Assembly (NCBI GenBank): GCA_965240325.2
Contig: OZ251230.1
Span: forward strand, 1,798,001-1,862,000
Origin: Rebecca billardiae RCC1528
Taxonomy: Eukaryota > Protista > Haptophyta
Length of the DNA stretch: 64,000 nucleotides
Direction of reading: 5' to 3'
This document shows, piece by piece, positions 48,025-60,507 of this stretch. Within the stretch, counting starts at the first letter, position 1, and the number at the start of each line of letters is the position of its first letter. Under the pieces are notes generated by a model. The model saw only the letters and a list, made by a program, of their open reading frames with translations. It was not told where the DNA came from and did not search any database. The translations under genes and the position numbers were made by a program.

Positions 48025-49959
48025 TGACCGCGTTCCGCGGTCCTTTCGTAGAACCAACGTAGTTAGGGGCCCGCGGTGCCGACTCTCTGTCGGCTTGCTA
48101 ACCGAATACTAGCCAGCAGTATGTATCGTCATACAGACGCTGTCTGTCATCTAATTATTATAGTCTGACCGTCGGTGCCAACCTGAACAGTTCGCCTGTG
48201 AGCAGTGCCATGCTACGGCTCACTCAGTTGCCCGCCCACTGGCTCCGGGCCCGGGCTGCGGCCCGGGGGCCGAGCGAGGACTCTGGATCGCCGATGGCGA
48301 TACGGCCCGAGTCCGGCGACTAACTACTGCCGCATGGGCCATGCCACTCGTCAAGCCTCAAGAGTCAAGAGTCAAGGCTCCGGCTCGCAGCGGCACGTCG
48401 CCGTCGGCTTGCCTCGGCAACTCGGCCGGGGCCGATGGCGATGCCCGATGCCGATGGCGATGCCGATGGCAGCCCGGGGCCGCACGCCCCGCCACCGGAT
48501 TCCGGAATGGCTGCGCGGCTACAGTAGTCCCGCGACCCGGGGCCGCCCGGCGCCAGCGGGGTGACGGCCAGCCCCGGAGGCGGTTGCGACCAGTCCCTCG
48601 AGTAGTCTCGGGGCAGCGCACGCGCAGGGTGCGTGAATAAATCTTGCAGCAGCTGCAGCAGTTGTGCGGCTCCGTCGCCAGCCCATCGTCGCGACGCGGA
48701 AGACGCGCGGTGGCGGCGGCGCGGTCTCGGGGCAGCGCACGCGCAGGGTGCGTGAATCTTGCAGCAGCTGCAGGTTGTGCGGCTCCGTCGAGCCCATCGT
48801 CGCGACGCGGAGGACAGTAGACGAAGACCAGCTTGAGTGAACACGGCCTGCGAAGTGCGAGCGAGTCGACCGGGAACAGTCACGGGTCGCGAGTGCCACT
48901 CGCCCAGAAGCGACGTCTGCGTGGGGTGCGCGTCGGGCAGGCCCAAGAAGATGCGCAGCATCATGTTCAGGCCCACTAGGCCCAGCGCCTCGATCACCAC
49001 CTGCTTCTTCGCTGTGTTGATCATCTTCACTGCCGCGGTTCGCGCCGAGTTTGACTGGCGGCCGCACGCCCCGGCGGCGGGCACGGCCCGTGCGCTCGCC
49101 GTCCTGACGCGGCGGCGGTCCTGGATGCACTGCGGCACCTGGCCTGAACCCGCGTGCCACGCCACGCGCCGCCGCCGGGCGAGGCGTCGGCGGCGGCCGC
49201 CTCCGCCGCCAACGCGGCACGTCGCGCTGATCTGCGGTGCGAGCTGACCAGTCCTGAGCAACCGCTTCAAAATCAAATAGCCTGAGTAACCCCATAAATA
49301 AGGTAGTTGGCGCGTAAGATCGAATGGAGATAGATAGCGACTACGGTTATCTTTGTTTTGGCAATAATCAGAACTACACGAGATAATCGCGTTTACCCGT
49401 GGCGATCTCCATTAGCGGTCGTAGCTCCCGTAGCTCCAATTAACGGTTTTGCTGGGATCCTTCGCGTAAGATCGAATGGAGATAGATAGTGATCACGGTT
49501 ATCTCTGCTTCGGCAAGAATCAAAACCAAACGAGATAATAGCGTTTACGGCGATCTCCATTAGGTCGTAGCTCCCGTAGCTCCAATTAAACGGTTTTGCT
49601 GGGATCCTTCTCATAACAATTTTTGACTCGAAACAATCAAACGTCGCTCGGCAAACTCGTACTCCAGCATACAAGAATGACAAAAATACTCACTTGTTTC
49701 ACCCCCGGGGTATCTGATCCCACGTCCGTCCATCGACTTATGCGGAATGGCGTGGGCGCGCTTATTTCGTCAAGCGCGTAGTTGCTAATGCAGAGCACTA
49801 TGGGCCAACGTACCCCTCGAAAAAGCGAAAACTCACCATCCAACACCCCTCAAAATCGTCCCCCGTCCCCTTTTCTTTGATCAAAAGATCTTTTTGACAA
49901 CGTAGTGAGGGCCCCCGGCGGGGCTCCACGCTACGCGCTCCGCCCTACACCGCGGGCCA
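48025..49959 (-). mobile_element. Family A element A9 (diverged), nested in B2
   Basis: Reverse-complement termini; flanks rejoin to match the uninterrupted B1 sequence at 6431-6475. Confidence 0.88.
49311..49610. repeat. ~150-bp tandem repeat x2 inside A9
   Basis: CGCGTAAGATCGAATGGAGATAGATAG...GGTTTTGCTGGGATCCTTC occurs twice. Confidence 0.85.
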
Positions 49960-51259
49960 TCATACGGCTATCGAGCTACTGACTTGCTCATGCGGGTGGG
50001 ATTCGACATCTCTATCTGCGAGGATTAACAGCTCTCTGAAAACGAGTGTGTCCTGGACAACTTGAAAGGGCAGCGATCGGCTTTGATTCTGCCTATTGTA
50101 GGGAAAGTTTTATGGTACGAGTTAACGAACCGTCACTTCTGATGGGCTCTCTGGTCGCGAACAGTCGCCAACTGCCGAGCGGAAGCGCCCGAAGCGGAGG
50201 CGTCGGGGGCGGCGGCTGAAGGGAGCGAGGGCGGTGGTGGCGGCACCGAGGACGAGGGAGGCGCGCCGAACGGCATGTCCGTCCTCACCCTCGCCATCGG
50301 CGGCCGCCCGCGCGTCAACGCCGCCGGCTCTCAGCCGACGACAACGCCCGCGAGTGCCGCCCACGGCGCGCGGCGGGCGCGTCACGGCAGGCGGCGGGGG
50401 CGGCGACTGCAGGGAGCGAGGGCGATGGTGGCGGCGCAGTCGAGGGAGGTGCGCCATCCGGACAGCGCGGCGGCGCGGCGCGCGGCCGAGCGCGGGAGCC
50501 TGGGCGGCGGCGGGCGCGCGGCGGGGCATGTGCTCAGTGCTGCCCGAGAGGCTGGCGCACTCGCCCAGCGCCGCCGCGCACACCGCCGCCGACCTCGCGC
50601 GCACGACCTCCGTCAACTCCTCCGTCAGCGGCGGAGAGCGCGTCGCCTCGCCGCCCACGCTGCCGCCCAGCCGGTTCGTCATCCGAGCGCTCGCCGGGCG
50701 CGCGCGGCGTGACGCGCCGGGCCGCGGTCGCCGCCTACTAAGTGGTGGGACCGCCGCTGGGGGGCGGGGCGGGCGGAGGAGATGGCGGTGGCGAAGGAGG
50801 ACGCGGTGGTGGACGTGGACGTCACGCTGTCCGGGCTGCACTGGCTCATCCACCTCCTCTCTGCACTCGACCCACCGCCGTCACCGACGGCGCAGCAGCT
50901 GGCGGCGGCGCGACGGATGCATTCCCGGATGGTGGCGGGCGCGGCCTCGGCCGAGGCGGGCGCGCGCCGCGCGCGCCGCTGCGGCGGCGTGGAGCGGCGG
51001 GAGCTGAGCGGCGCGCTGCTGCACACGCAGTCACGCTGCGCACGTGCTGCAGACGCTGTACGAGCGCGCCACCGCCGACGCCGTCGCGCCGCCGCTGCCC
51101 CCGCCGCACCGGCACCGTCCGACCGTCCGACCGTGTCGTCACAAGCCGCGGCTGCTGCTCACATTCACAAGCTCACTAGCTGCGTGATGGTGACTAGCCA
51201 CTAGGGCCGTGCGCCCTCAACTTCGTTGTTCACTACCCGAAGATCGGCGTAGCCGATCA

Positions 51260-51266
51260 TAGTATA

Positions 51267-51312
<46 letters not shown>
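51260..51312. repeat. (TA)n microsatellite
   Basis: Follows the B2 3' end. Confidence 0.92.
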
Positions 51313-51316
<4 letters not shown>

Positions 51317-51538
51317 ATATACGACGATGACATCATCAATCATCGTTGCCATCATTATTTTCGCCGCGTCACTACATCAGACGTTCAGCACACGCAACTT
51401 GGGGCCCGCGATGCCCGCCGTGGCCGGCCCGTGCCGCATGCCGGCGACGGCGTGCGCTTCGCGCCGCTCGCCACCTTATTGCGCGTTTGCCCTGGGGGGG
51501 ACTGGTAGCGTCCCAGCCACACCTCGGCGCGCGAGGCA

Positions 51539-54500
51539 CTACGACAACGATCCCCTGCGGCTGCTAGAGCTGCCATCGGTGTCCGGCGTAGCTCGTGGCG
51601 GCGTCGCCGGCAGGGGCGGCTTGCCCGCGGCGGCCGATGCTCTGGCCTCCGCGTTGGCCGCAGCGGCCACGGCCGGGTCGGTGCCGAGGGCCGCGTCCGC
51701 GAGGTCGTTGGCGATTGCGGCGACGTTGCCCGCGACGCCTTTGAGGAAGGTGCCCGGGTTGGGCGCGCCACCCTGGCCGTCTGCCCGCCCGGCGGGCGAG
51801 GCGCCCTTGCCCACCTTCCCCCACGAGTTGTTGCGCTGCATCCGCCTGATGCCTCCCATCAACCTCGAGCTCGCGCCCACCGCGCTGCCCGCGCCCGTGG
51901 CGCTCTCGACCGCGGCCGCGCTCGGCGAGAAGACGGTGGTGCCGCCGCCGGCCTCGATGCGCTGCTCGAGCTCGACGCGCGCCATCCGCTCCTCCAGCAG
52001 CATGTTCTTGTACATGCTCATCTCCTCCTCGAGCCGCAGCCGCGCCTGCGCCGAGCGTGCGTGGCGCGCGCGCGCGTCAGTTTCCAGGACATGCTCGGAG
52101 CGGGTGGGCGCGCGCGCGCACGCGAGCTCGGGTCGGTCGGCCAGTGCCCGCGGCGCAGATCGGTCGGCGCGCACCTTGAGCGCCTGCTCCTGCTCGAAGA
52201 TGAGCTGCTTGCACCGGTGGATCTCCTCCTTGTACTCCGCCTCTCCGCGCTGCAACGACTCGATCTTGTGCAGCGCCTCGCGCCTGCGGGCGGGGGCACG
52301 TCGGTGGGCGCGGGCGAGGCGCGGCGCGGCAGCGGCGCGGGGCGGCCAAGCCGGGCGCAGGCGCAGATCGGGAGAGCGGCTGTGAGCTGAGCGCGCGCGA
52401 GAGAGAGGTCGCCAGAGCGCGAGGGAGCGCGTACGCGCGCGTGGCCGACCACGCCCGCCCGCACGCCCGCTGCGGTGTGCGCGCGCGTGGTAGCGAGTAC
52501 GCGCGTGCGCGCGTGCGTGCGCGGGCGTCCGTGCGTGTGCGCGGTGCCGCACCTGAGCTCCTGCTTCTCCTTGAGCGAGCGCTCGTGCGCGGCCTGGAGC
52601 ATCGTCTTGTACATGGCGCGCTCCTCGTCCGCCTTCCCCTTCGCCTTGGCCAGCTCGTCCATCTTGACCTTGTCGCGCATGTTGCGCGCCTCAAGCTTGT
52701 AGAAGTCGTCGTCGTAAGCGGAGAGCTTCTTGTCGAGCGCGTCGCGCGTGCGCTCGATCTCGTGCACCTGCGCCGCCTGGTGCGAGAGCATGCGCTTGAG
52801 CTCGTCGCGCTCCTCGGCGGCCTGGCGCGCGGCCTCGCCGAGCTCGCGGATCTTGCGCTTATCCACGCGGTCGGTGTGCTCGAGCAGCGCGAGCTTGCGA
52901 CCGGACTCGCGCGCGGAGTCCTCCGCGCGCCGCCGCCGCTCCTTTTCAGACTCGAGCTTCTTGAGCAGCGACGAGCGCTCGCCAATCATCTGGTGCAGCA
53001 TGCTCTGCATCTCCTCGAGGCCGAGGCCGTCGACGCCCTCGCCGCCGCCCAGTCGCGCGGAGGAGCCAAACACGCCGCCGAGCGCGCGCGCCGCGGCGGA
53101 GACGAAGCGGTTCGAGCCGCCGAGCGCGCCCGCGTCCATCGCTGCGGCGATCGCCGCGGCGTCTGGCGCGCCGCCCGCAGCGGCCGCGGCCGCCGGCGCG
53201 CCCGCGGCCGCGGCCGCCGCCGCGGCCGCCGCGGCCGCGGCGGCCGCCTGCTGCGCGGCCGCGGCGCCGCCGTCGGCCGGCGCGGCCATCGCCTCGACGC
53301 GCTGCCGCTCCGCCTCCTCGCGCGCCATCCGCTCCATCTCGAGCTGCCGCTCGAGCTTGGCGAGCTTGTTCGACATCTTTTCTTCCTCTTTCTTCTCGTG
53401 CAGGGCCACGACGTACGCGCGGCGCGCGGCGCGCGTGCGCTGACGCGTCTGCAGCCGCACGGCGGCGCGGCGCGAGGCGGTGAAGCGACCGCGCGCGCGG
53501 CCGCGGCGCGCGGCCGCGGCGATCGCCGTGGCGGCGCGCGCGGCGCGGAGCGCGGCGGCGCGGCGCACGGCGAGCCGACGGCGCGCGGCTGCCTCGATGC
53601 GCACGGCCGCGCGCAGCCGGCGGTACGCGCGCCGCGCGAGCTGCGCGCGCCTGGCCGCCTGCGCGCACACCGCCGCGCAGCGCTGCCGGATGTAGCGCGC
53701 GCGCGCCGCGTGCCGCCGCTGCGCGGCCTGCGCGCGCAGCGCGGCGGCGCGCAGCGCGGTGTACCGCCGCTGCAGCAGCCAGCGCCGCGCCGCCGCCTGC
53801 AGCACCACGGCGCGCGTGCCGAGCGTGCGCGCCCTCGAGCTCTCGAGCTGCTCGAGCAGATTCGCGCGGAAGAACACTTTCGACTTTCCGAGCTGCACGC
53901 GGTCGAGGTCGGCGACCTTGGCGAGAAGCGTCTGGCACTCGGCGCGCACGGCGTCGTGCTGCCCGGCCGCGCCGGCGCGGCGCGCGGTGCCCAGCAGCGC
54001 GTCGAGCTCGGGCGCGAGCAGAGCGTACCGCTCGACGAACGCGAGGTGCTGCATACGATTTGGGTACGCGAGCCGCGCGATTCGGATCGCCTCGAGCACG
54101 CCCGCGCAACGCAGCTGGTGCGCGACGCGCGGGCGGTCGAAGGCGGCGGGCTTCGACTCGGCGTTGGGCTTGATGCAGCGCACGTACTGCACCTCGGTCG
54201 CGTTGATCGTGCGCATCAGGCTCGCCAGCTGGCTCATGAACTGCGTGGAGACGGTGTGCATGTCATGACCCTTGCCCTTGCCCTTGCCCTTGCGGCGCGC
54301 GCCGCCGCCGCCGAGCGGCCCGCCGCCGTCCGCGTTCGTGCCGGCGGGCGAGCCGGGCACGCCGTCGGCGCCGGTCTTCGCCTCGGTGGCGAAGAGGCTC
54401 TGCACCAGCCCCAGCTCCGAGCCGCGCATCAGCCCGGCCAGGTCGGGGTGCAGCGAGTCCTTGTTCTTCTCGCGGAAGCCCGTGACCGTGTACTCGACGT

Positions 54501-56464
54501 CGCCCGCGTAGTGCCGCACGACGAAACCGTCGAGCAGCCGGCGCGGCACGTCAAAGTACTTGGAGCCGGCGTGCTTCGCCTTGACCTTCTCGAGGAACTT
54601 GTCGTCCGTGCCCGCCTGCAGGCTCGACTCCTCGTTGAGCACGTGCATCACGCCGAGCGGCTTCGCGTCGATCATCGAGAGGCACTCCTGGTTGTCTGTG
54701 AACTCGATGTAGCGCCACTCGATCCCCTCAGATTCATACTCGACCTGTTCGGACTTGAAGATGTCCCAGTTGAACTGCTGCTGGAGCTGCTCGTTGGCGT
54801 AGTTGATGCACAGCTGCTCGAACGAGTTCTTCGCGAAGCACTCGAAGCCGAAGATGTCCAGGATCCCGACGAACAGCTCGGAGGTGCCGCCGCCGCCGCG
54901 CGCGGGCGCCGCGACGGCGCCGCCGCCGGCCGCGCCGCCGCCGCCGCCGTCGCCGTCAGCGAGGCACGCGTTCGCGCGCGCGACGAGCCACTCGAAGAGG
55001 CGGCCGTACAGCGCCTTGGCCAGCGCGTCGCGCGAGTCGCCCGCCTGCTCCGTCGTCAGCCGCACCGTGTACCACTCGTCGCGCGCGCAGATCTGCCGCG
55101 TGCACAGCGACGACGACAGCTCGTCCGCGTCACAGCCAATCAGCGCGGCCGCGGCGCTCAGCCACGGCGCGGCGGCCTCGCTCACGGCGGCGGCGCCGTC
55201 GTTCGCCTCGTCCGCGTCGAAGCTCAGGTTCGAGAGCGCGAGGATCGCCGCGAGCAGCCCCCACGCGCAGCGCAGCTCGTCCGCGTCCAGCCCGATCGAC
55301 TCCATTGCTCGCTTCGTCCGGCCGAGGTCGGCCACGTCGTCCACGCCCGCGATCGTCATGCAGCCGGACTGGTTGACGTACGCGTACGCCTCGGCGTCGC
55401 GCAGGCGGTACGCCTCGCGCTCCGCCTCGTCCGCGCCGGCGAGCAGCTGGTAGAACGCGTGGTAGCTCCGCTCGCCCTTCGTCTGCCCGACGACGCGCGT
55501 CTTCTCGAGCAGGTAGACGTGTATGCACGCGCCCGACATGCGCGAGGCGCGGTCGAACTGGATCTCGATGAACTTGCCGAAGCGCGAGGAGTTGTTGTTG
55601 CGCAGCGTGCGCGCGTTGCCGAACGCCTCGAGCAGCGGGTTCGTCTGCATCACGCGCGTCGCCACCGTGCTCGGCTCGCCGCCGCACGACACGTCGGCCA
55701 GGAACGCCATCATGATCTTAACGGCCTCCGTCTTGCCCGCGCCCGACTCGCCCGAGACGAGGATGGACTGGTTCTCGCCGCCGTCGCCGCGGTTGCGCTG
55801 CAGCATGGCCTTGTACGCGTACTCCGAGATCGCGTACACGTGCGGCGGGTTGGCGTCCATCTCCTTGCCGCGGTACATGCGCAGCTTCTCCTGCGCGAGC
55901 CGAGGCGACGCGCCGACGCGCGAGCGGCGACGCGGCGCGCGCGCGTGTGGGCGCGCTGCGGCGGCGAACGGCGCGGCTCGCCGCGCGCGCGCGCGCGCGC
56001 ACAGCCCACCCGCGCGCCCGCGCCCGCGTACCGTCGTGTACAGCGGCGTGGACACCTCCCAGTTGAACGGGTTGATCGAGATACATATCCGACCCGTGTA
56101 CGTGTACACGTGGTCGCGGAAGAAGCGGTGGCTGAGGTTGTGGAGGAGCGCGGGCTCGTGCAGGTAGTTGAGCTTCTGCATGTCCTCAACGCCCTCCGGC
56201 GGCAGCACGTTGGAGAGCAGCAGCTCCTGCCGTGCCAAAGCAGCGCGCGCAATCCGCGTGGGCGAAGCTCGTCCCAGAGCTGCGCGCGATGCGCGCGCGC
56301 AGCGCGCACGCGCGCACCTCTGCCTTCTGCGTGAGCTCGTGGCCGGCCTCAGACTTGATCGTGACCGTGCCGTCATCGTGGCGCGCGGTCACGACGCCGG
56401 GCACCCACTCGCCGTCGATCGACGGGTGTGCAACCCATATCTTGTTCGACTCGTCGTCCGCCAT
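51539..56464 (-). CDS. Myosin heavy chain (SH3-like N-terminus, motor, IQ repeats, coiled-coil tail; about 5 exons)
   Basis: GESGAGKT, LEAFGNA, NNNSSRFGK, DIFGFE, YVRCIKPN; IQ-like repeats; introns 56227-56317, 55891-56031 and two in the tail. Confidence 0.95.
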
Positions 56465-56684
56465 GGTGGCCCGAGCGGGGCGGCGGGCGGGCCTTTGCTC
56501 GCAAGCGTTCGAATGTCCAAAGCGGGCGCGGCCTTTTTTTGCTGGCGGAAGCGAGGATTTTTCGTCGTCATATTTTTTGGCCGCCGGACAGTGGCCGGAT
56601 CAGACTTCCGGACTGCCGCCTGCTAGCGAGCGGCAGCCAGGCGGCCGTCGAGGCGCGGGCCCTCCCCGGGGGACGACGGCGACG

Positions 56685-57741
56685 ATGGAGTTTGCGCGCT
56701 CGGCCGAGCGCGACCTGGGCCGCGACTCTCCCACCGAGGTGCGCAGACCACCGCCGCCGCCACCACCGGCGCCCGTTGATGACGGCGCCGCGGCGCCTCG
56801 GCAGATCGACACGGCCATCTGGCAGGCACGGCTCGCCGAGATCGAGGTGGACAAGACGCTGATGAACCGGCTGGTGCTCGACTACCTGGTGATAGAGGGC
56901 TACAAGGACGCCGCAGAAGCGTTCGCGCGCGAGTCGGGGGTCGCGCCCGAGGTCGATCTCGACACGATCTCGGACCGGATGTCGATTCGCGCCGCTGTGC
57001 AGCGCGGCGACGTGGAGGCGGCAGTCGCGCGCGTGAACGAGCTCGACCCGCAGATCCTGAACGGCAACACGCAGCTCGCCTTCCACCTGCGACAGCAGCA
57101 GCTCATCGAGATCATCCGCGAGGGCCGCGTCGAGGACGCGCTCGCGTTTGCGCAGCAGGAGCTCGCGCCGGCCGGTGAGCAGAACCCGGCCTTCCTCGAG
57201 GAGCTCGAGACGACGATGGCGCTGCTCGCCTTCGAGAACTCGGCGGCGTGCCCCGTCGGCCACCTGCTCGAGCCGACGCAGCGGCACAAGACGGCGAGGG
57301 AGCTGAACGGCGCGATCCTCGCGTCGCAGGCGCAGCAGACGGGTGAGACGCCGCGCGCGTGCGGCGCGCTGCGCCGGCCAGCGCACCTCGCGTGCCCCAG
57401 CCCGCCTCGCGCTCGCCGCGGCTCAAACGGCAGCCTCCCCGCGGCGCGCGCATGTGCCGCGCTCGGCAGAGCCGAAGCTCCCAATGGTTCTGCGCATGCT
57501 GCAGCGCACACAGAGAAGTCTCGCCGACAAGAATGTCGTCTTCCCGCACGTGGTCAACCTCGCGAGCGCTCGGCTCGCACTGGACGGCGCCGATGCACCC
57601 AAGCCACCAGCATCCCCGGCGCGAGCTGGCGTGCAGCGGGCGACAGCAGAGCGCCGCGCGAGCGGTGGCGGCCGCGGCTCGGAGATGGCCGCGAGTCTCG
57701 CGGTGGACTCGGCTGCGCAGCCATCCGCGCTACCACAGTGA
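56685..57741 (+). CDS. GID8: GID8/TWA1 (LisH-CTLH-CRA) CTLH E3 complex subunit; intron ~57343-57468
   Basis: MNRLVLDYLVIEGYKDAAEAFARESG, FHLRQQQLIE, LEELETTMALLAF; spliced EPKLPMVLRML. Confidence 0.9.
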
Positions 57742-58157
57742 TGAACTAACTACGTGTAACTGCGTGCGCGTGCGTGTATGAGTGCCGACCAGTCGGCGAG
57801 CCCCAGTAGTAGTAGGCCAGTACGTGGATCACTCTCAGCTGTCTCAGCGTCGCGGCAGTCCCTCATCATTATCAGCAGCATCCGCACCTCCTCCTCTCAG
57901 TAGAGCGCAGGCTTCGAACTTCAGACGGCTGGCTAAGTAAGCAGGGCATGCAATATATATATATATGACGCGGATTTAGAGACGAATCAATACCGTAAGA
58001 CCTAAGGCAGCAGCACGGAAGGCCGTCGAGGCGGCGCGCGGAAGAAGATTCCGACCTCGTCGACCATCATCAGTGCATCATTTCCTCTCAGCGGTCGCTT
58101 GCTGCTTGATTGTGCCAGTGCCGGACGAGTAGCGGCCCGAGCGCAGGTTGAGGTTAG

Positions 58158-59753
58158 TTAGTTCGGGTAGCAGGGCGAGAAGTGCTTCGACGGCCCGGTC
58201 GCCGACGCGTAGACTCGCCACGGCCTCGGCTTGGCGAGCTCACCGGCGGCGTAGATCTCCCCGTCGGCCGGCTCCCAGTAGAACGAGCGACCCTGCGGAT
58301 CGTTGCCCTCCGGCTGCCGCGGGACCATGCCGTCGGCCGGCAACGGGTGGCCGGCCGCCTTGAGGATCTTCTTCGCCTCGGGCGTCAGTGGGTCCTTGTC
58401 GGCAGAGTAGCCGACGTGGTACTTGACGCGCCCGCCGGAGATCTCCAGCGCGTCGCCCTTGCCGGCCTTGTAGTCGTAGTCGGCGAGCGTGACGCAGTAC
58501 ACGTTGTAGTGCGCGTCGACTCCCTTGCCGTCGGTCAGCTCCTCCTTGACCGCGTTGAGCGTGAGGGTGCGCCCCTGGTAGGCGAGGGTGTCGGGCATGA
58601 AGGTGAGGTGCGGCCGGAAGATCATGCAGTACGGGATGCCGACGTAGGTGCCGAGGCCCGGGCGCATCAACTTGTGACCGAGCTCGAAGCTGAGGTGGAG
58701 AGTGTTCAGCTCCTTCTCGGCGCCCTCGAGCTCGAAGTCCGTCAAGTCCGTGGTCAGCGCGCCGATGTCGTGCGACATGCACACGGTGCCGGCGCTCTGG
58801 CCGATGTACACGACTTCGCCCCGCTTCGTCGCATCGAGCACCGACTTGCCGTACGGGTTGACGTAGTCGGTCACCTCGCCGTCGTCGACGAAGTAGGGCT
58901 GCAGGTTGTTCACCGAGAGCCACGTGACGCCGCCGCACGAGTAGACGGTGTGCACCGAGTCGACCACCTGCTTGAACTCGGCGCCGCTCACTGGCTTGAA
59001 GCAGTTGTTGCCCTCCTGCGAGTAGTTGGAGGGCACCTCGTAGTCGGCGTCGGTCATCGCGCCCGAGCCGTCGCTGCGCATCAGCGTGAGCTTGCCGTTC
59101 TTGAAGTAGCCACGCGCCACCAGGATGTGGTGCTCGGGCTCGTCGCGCAGCGCCGCCGGCTTCGAATAGTCGGTTTTGTTGTGCCACACCAGGTACGAGA
59201 TGTAGACGGGCACCTTCTCGCCGCGCTTGCCGCTCGCGAGGACGTTGAGATCGGCGAACGAGTAGTGGCCGTTCTTGTGGAAGCCGTACTCGGCCGAGTG
59301 GTAGCCGAGGCCCATCTGGCTGAGCTCCGCCTGCGACTTGGGCATCAGCTCTCCGTTCGGGGCGTACTGCGGCTTCCCGCCGGGAACGTCGGGCACGCGC
59401 TTGTAGCCGACGAGCGGGTCGTTGTTGTGCTGCGGGGGGCTCATAGCGCCGTGCTCGGCCCAGCTGAGCGTCTTCAGCTTTGCGTCGATGAGCACGAGCA
59501 CGCCGTTGCCGCGCGTCTTCTTGCGAAGCGCCTCGTAGGACCTGAGCAGCTCGGGCGCAGACGTGCGCATCATGCCGTTGGTCGTCAAGAGCATCTTGAG
59601 GTGGGGGTTGCACGGCGACGGGTTGGGGCCGCGCGGAGTGGTGACGACAGGGAAGATGGCCTTCGCGTCCAGAGGAGTCTCGTCCGCCTCCTCCGTCAGA
59701 GGCAGGAACTGCCGGCGGCTGGCCTCGAGCGCGGATGAGAAGCAGGCGCCCAT
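58158..59753 (-). CDS. Peptidase S51 (peptidase E)/class I GATase-like protein with MGxC acylation motif
   Basis: KMLLTTNG, VYSCGGVTW, VVYIGQSAG (nucleophile elbow), FRPH; starts MGACFSS. Confidence 0.65.
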   Translation of the reverse strand: MGACFSSALEASRRQFLPLTEEADETPLDAKAIFPVVTTPRGPNPSPCNPHLKMLLTTNGMMRTSAPELLRSYEALRKKTRGNGVLVLIDAKLKTLSWAEHGAMSPPQHNNDPLVGYKRVPDVPGGKPQYAPNGELMPKSQAELSQMGLGYHSAEYGFHKNGHYSFADLNVLASGKRGEKVPVYISYLVWHNKTDYSKPAALRDEPEHHILVARGYFKNGKLTLMRSDGSGAMTDADYEVPSNYSQEGNNCFKPVSGAEFKQVVDSVHTVYSCGGVTWLSVNNLQPYFVDDGEVTDYVNPYGKSVLDATKRGEVVYIGQSAGTVCMSHDIGALTTDLTDFELEGAEKELNTLHLSFELGHKLMRPGLGTYVGIPYCMIFRPHLTFMPDTLAYQGRTLTLNAVKEELTDGKGVDAHYNVYCVTLADYDYKAGKGDALEISGGRVKYHVGYSADKDPLTPEAKKILKAAGHPLPADGMVPRQPEGNDPQGRSFYWEPADGEIYAAGELAKPRPWRVYASATGPSKHFSPCYPN

Positions 59754-60388
59754 GTCGCGCAGGGATACCCTTCCACCCGTGGGCAGGCTGCACCACCGTC
59801 CAAAGGGTATCCGGCGCGACCGCATCCGCCTGGAGGCCAGAGATACCCTTGGAAGTGGGGGCTCCAATTTCGATTATACGCGTAGTTTTTCGATGCGCGA
59901 GCAGATTCCTGGCCAGGACCCAATGTAATTAATGACGAGATTGCCGAGAGATTCCGATGTAGCCCAACGGCGAGGCGGGCCCCGGACGGCCGGTACGGCC
60001 ACTTACCCAGGCTGGTCGGAGCCACGGGCGCACTGGTCGCCGAGAGTCTGCTGGTCAAGGAGGGCATGTCGCCGGACGACGCGGCGGCGGCGCAGAAGGC
60101 GGACCTCGCCTACGTAGGCGGCCGGCTACTCATCCTCGGCAGCGGCGCCCACTCGGCCCAGCGCGCTCCGCGCCTCTGAGACTCGGCCGAACGCCCCCAC
60201 GACAATCGGGACGATCGCGGGGAAGGTCAGTGAGTCTTGAAGGTGTCGAGCCCGTCGAGCCGTACACATTTAGGTGATTGATAGGCTGATTGGCCCGGCA
60301 ATACAACTGACCACGGTAGTCATAACGTGCTTTTGGCAATACAACTGACCACACTATCCAAAGCGGCAATACAACTGACGTCGGCTCA

Positions 60389-60389
<1 letters not shown>

Positions 60390-60429
<40 letters not shown>
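60390..60429. repeat. (ATT/ATC)n microsatellite
   Basis: Seen directly. Confidence 0.9.
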
Positions 60430-60507
60430 GACTCGTCTTAGACAGTCGAAGGTCTGAACAGATATCCGTGCAGCAGCCGCATGAAACTGCCGACCACTCT
60501 GAGACTC

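Larger units (their letters stand above)
47492..51259 (+). mobile_element. Family B element B2, containing nested A9
   Basis: A^TGGCGCACGGCCC; inverted copy at 51204-51215; GATCGGC-GTA-GCCGATC-A^T. Confidence 0.87.

Noticed and set aside
52441-56334. 1297-aa plus-strand ORF (similarly 24274-26046, 26230-27963, 58182-59738)
   Set aside because: Antisense shadows of real genes caused by high GC3; no motifs.
60297-60379. Mini CRISPR array
   Set aside because: 15-bp repeats, unequal short spacers, no cas genes and a eukaryotic context.
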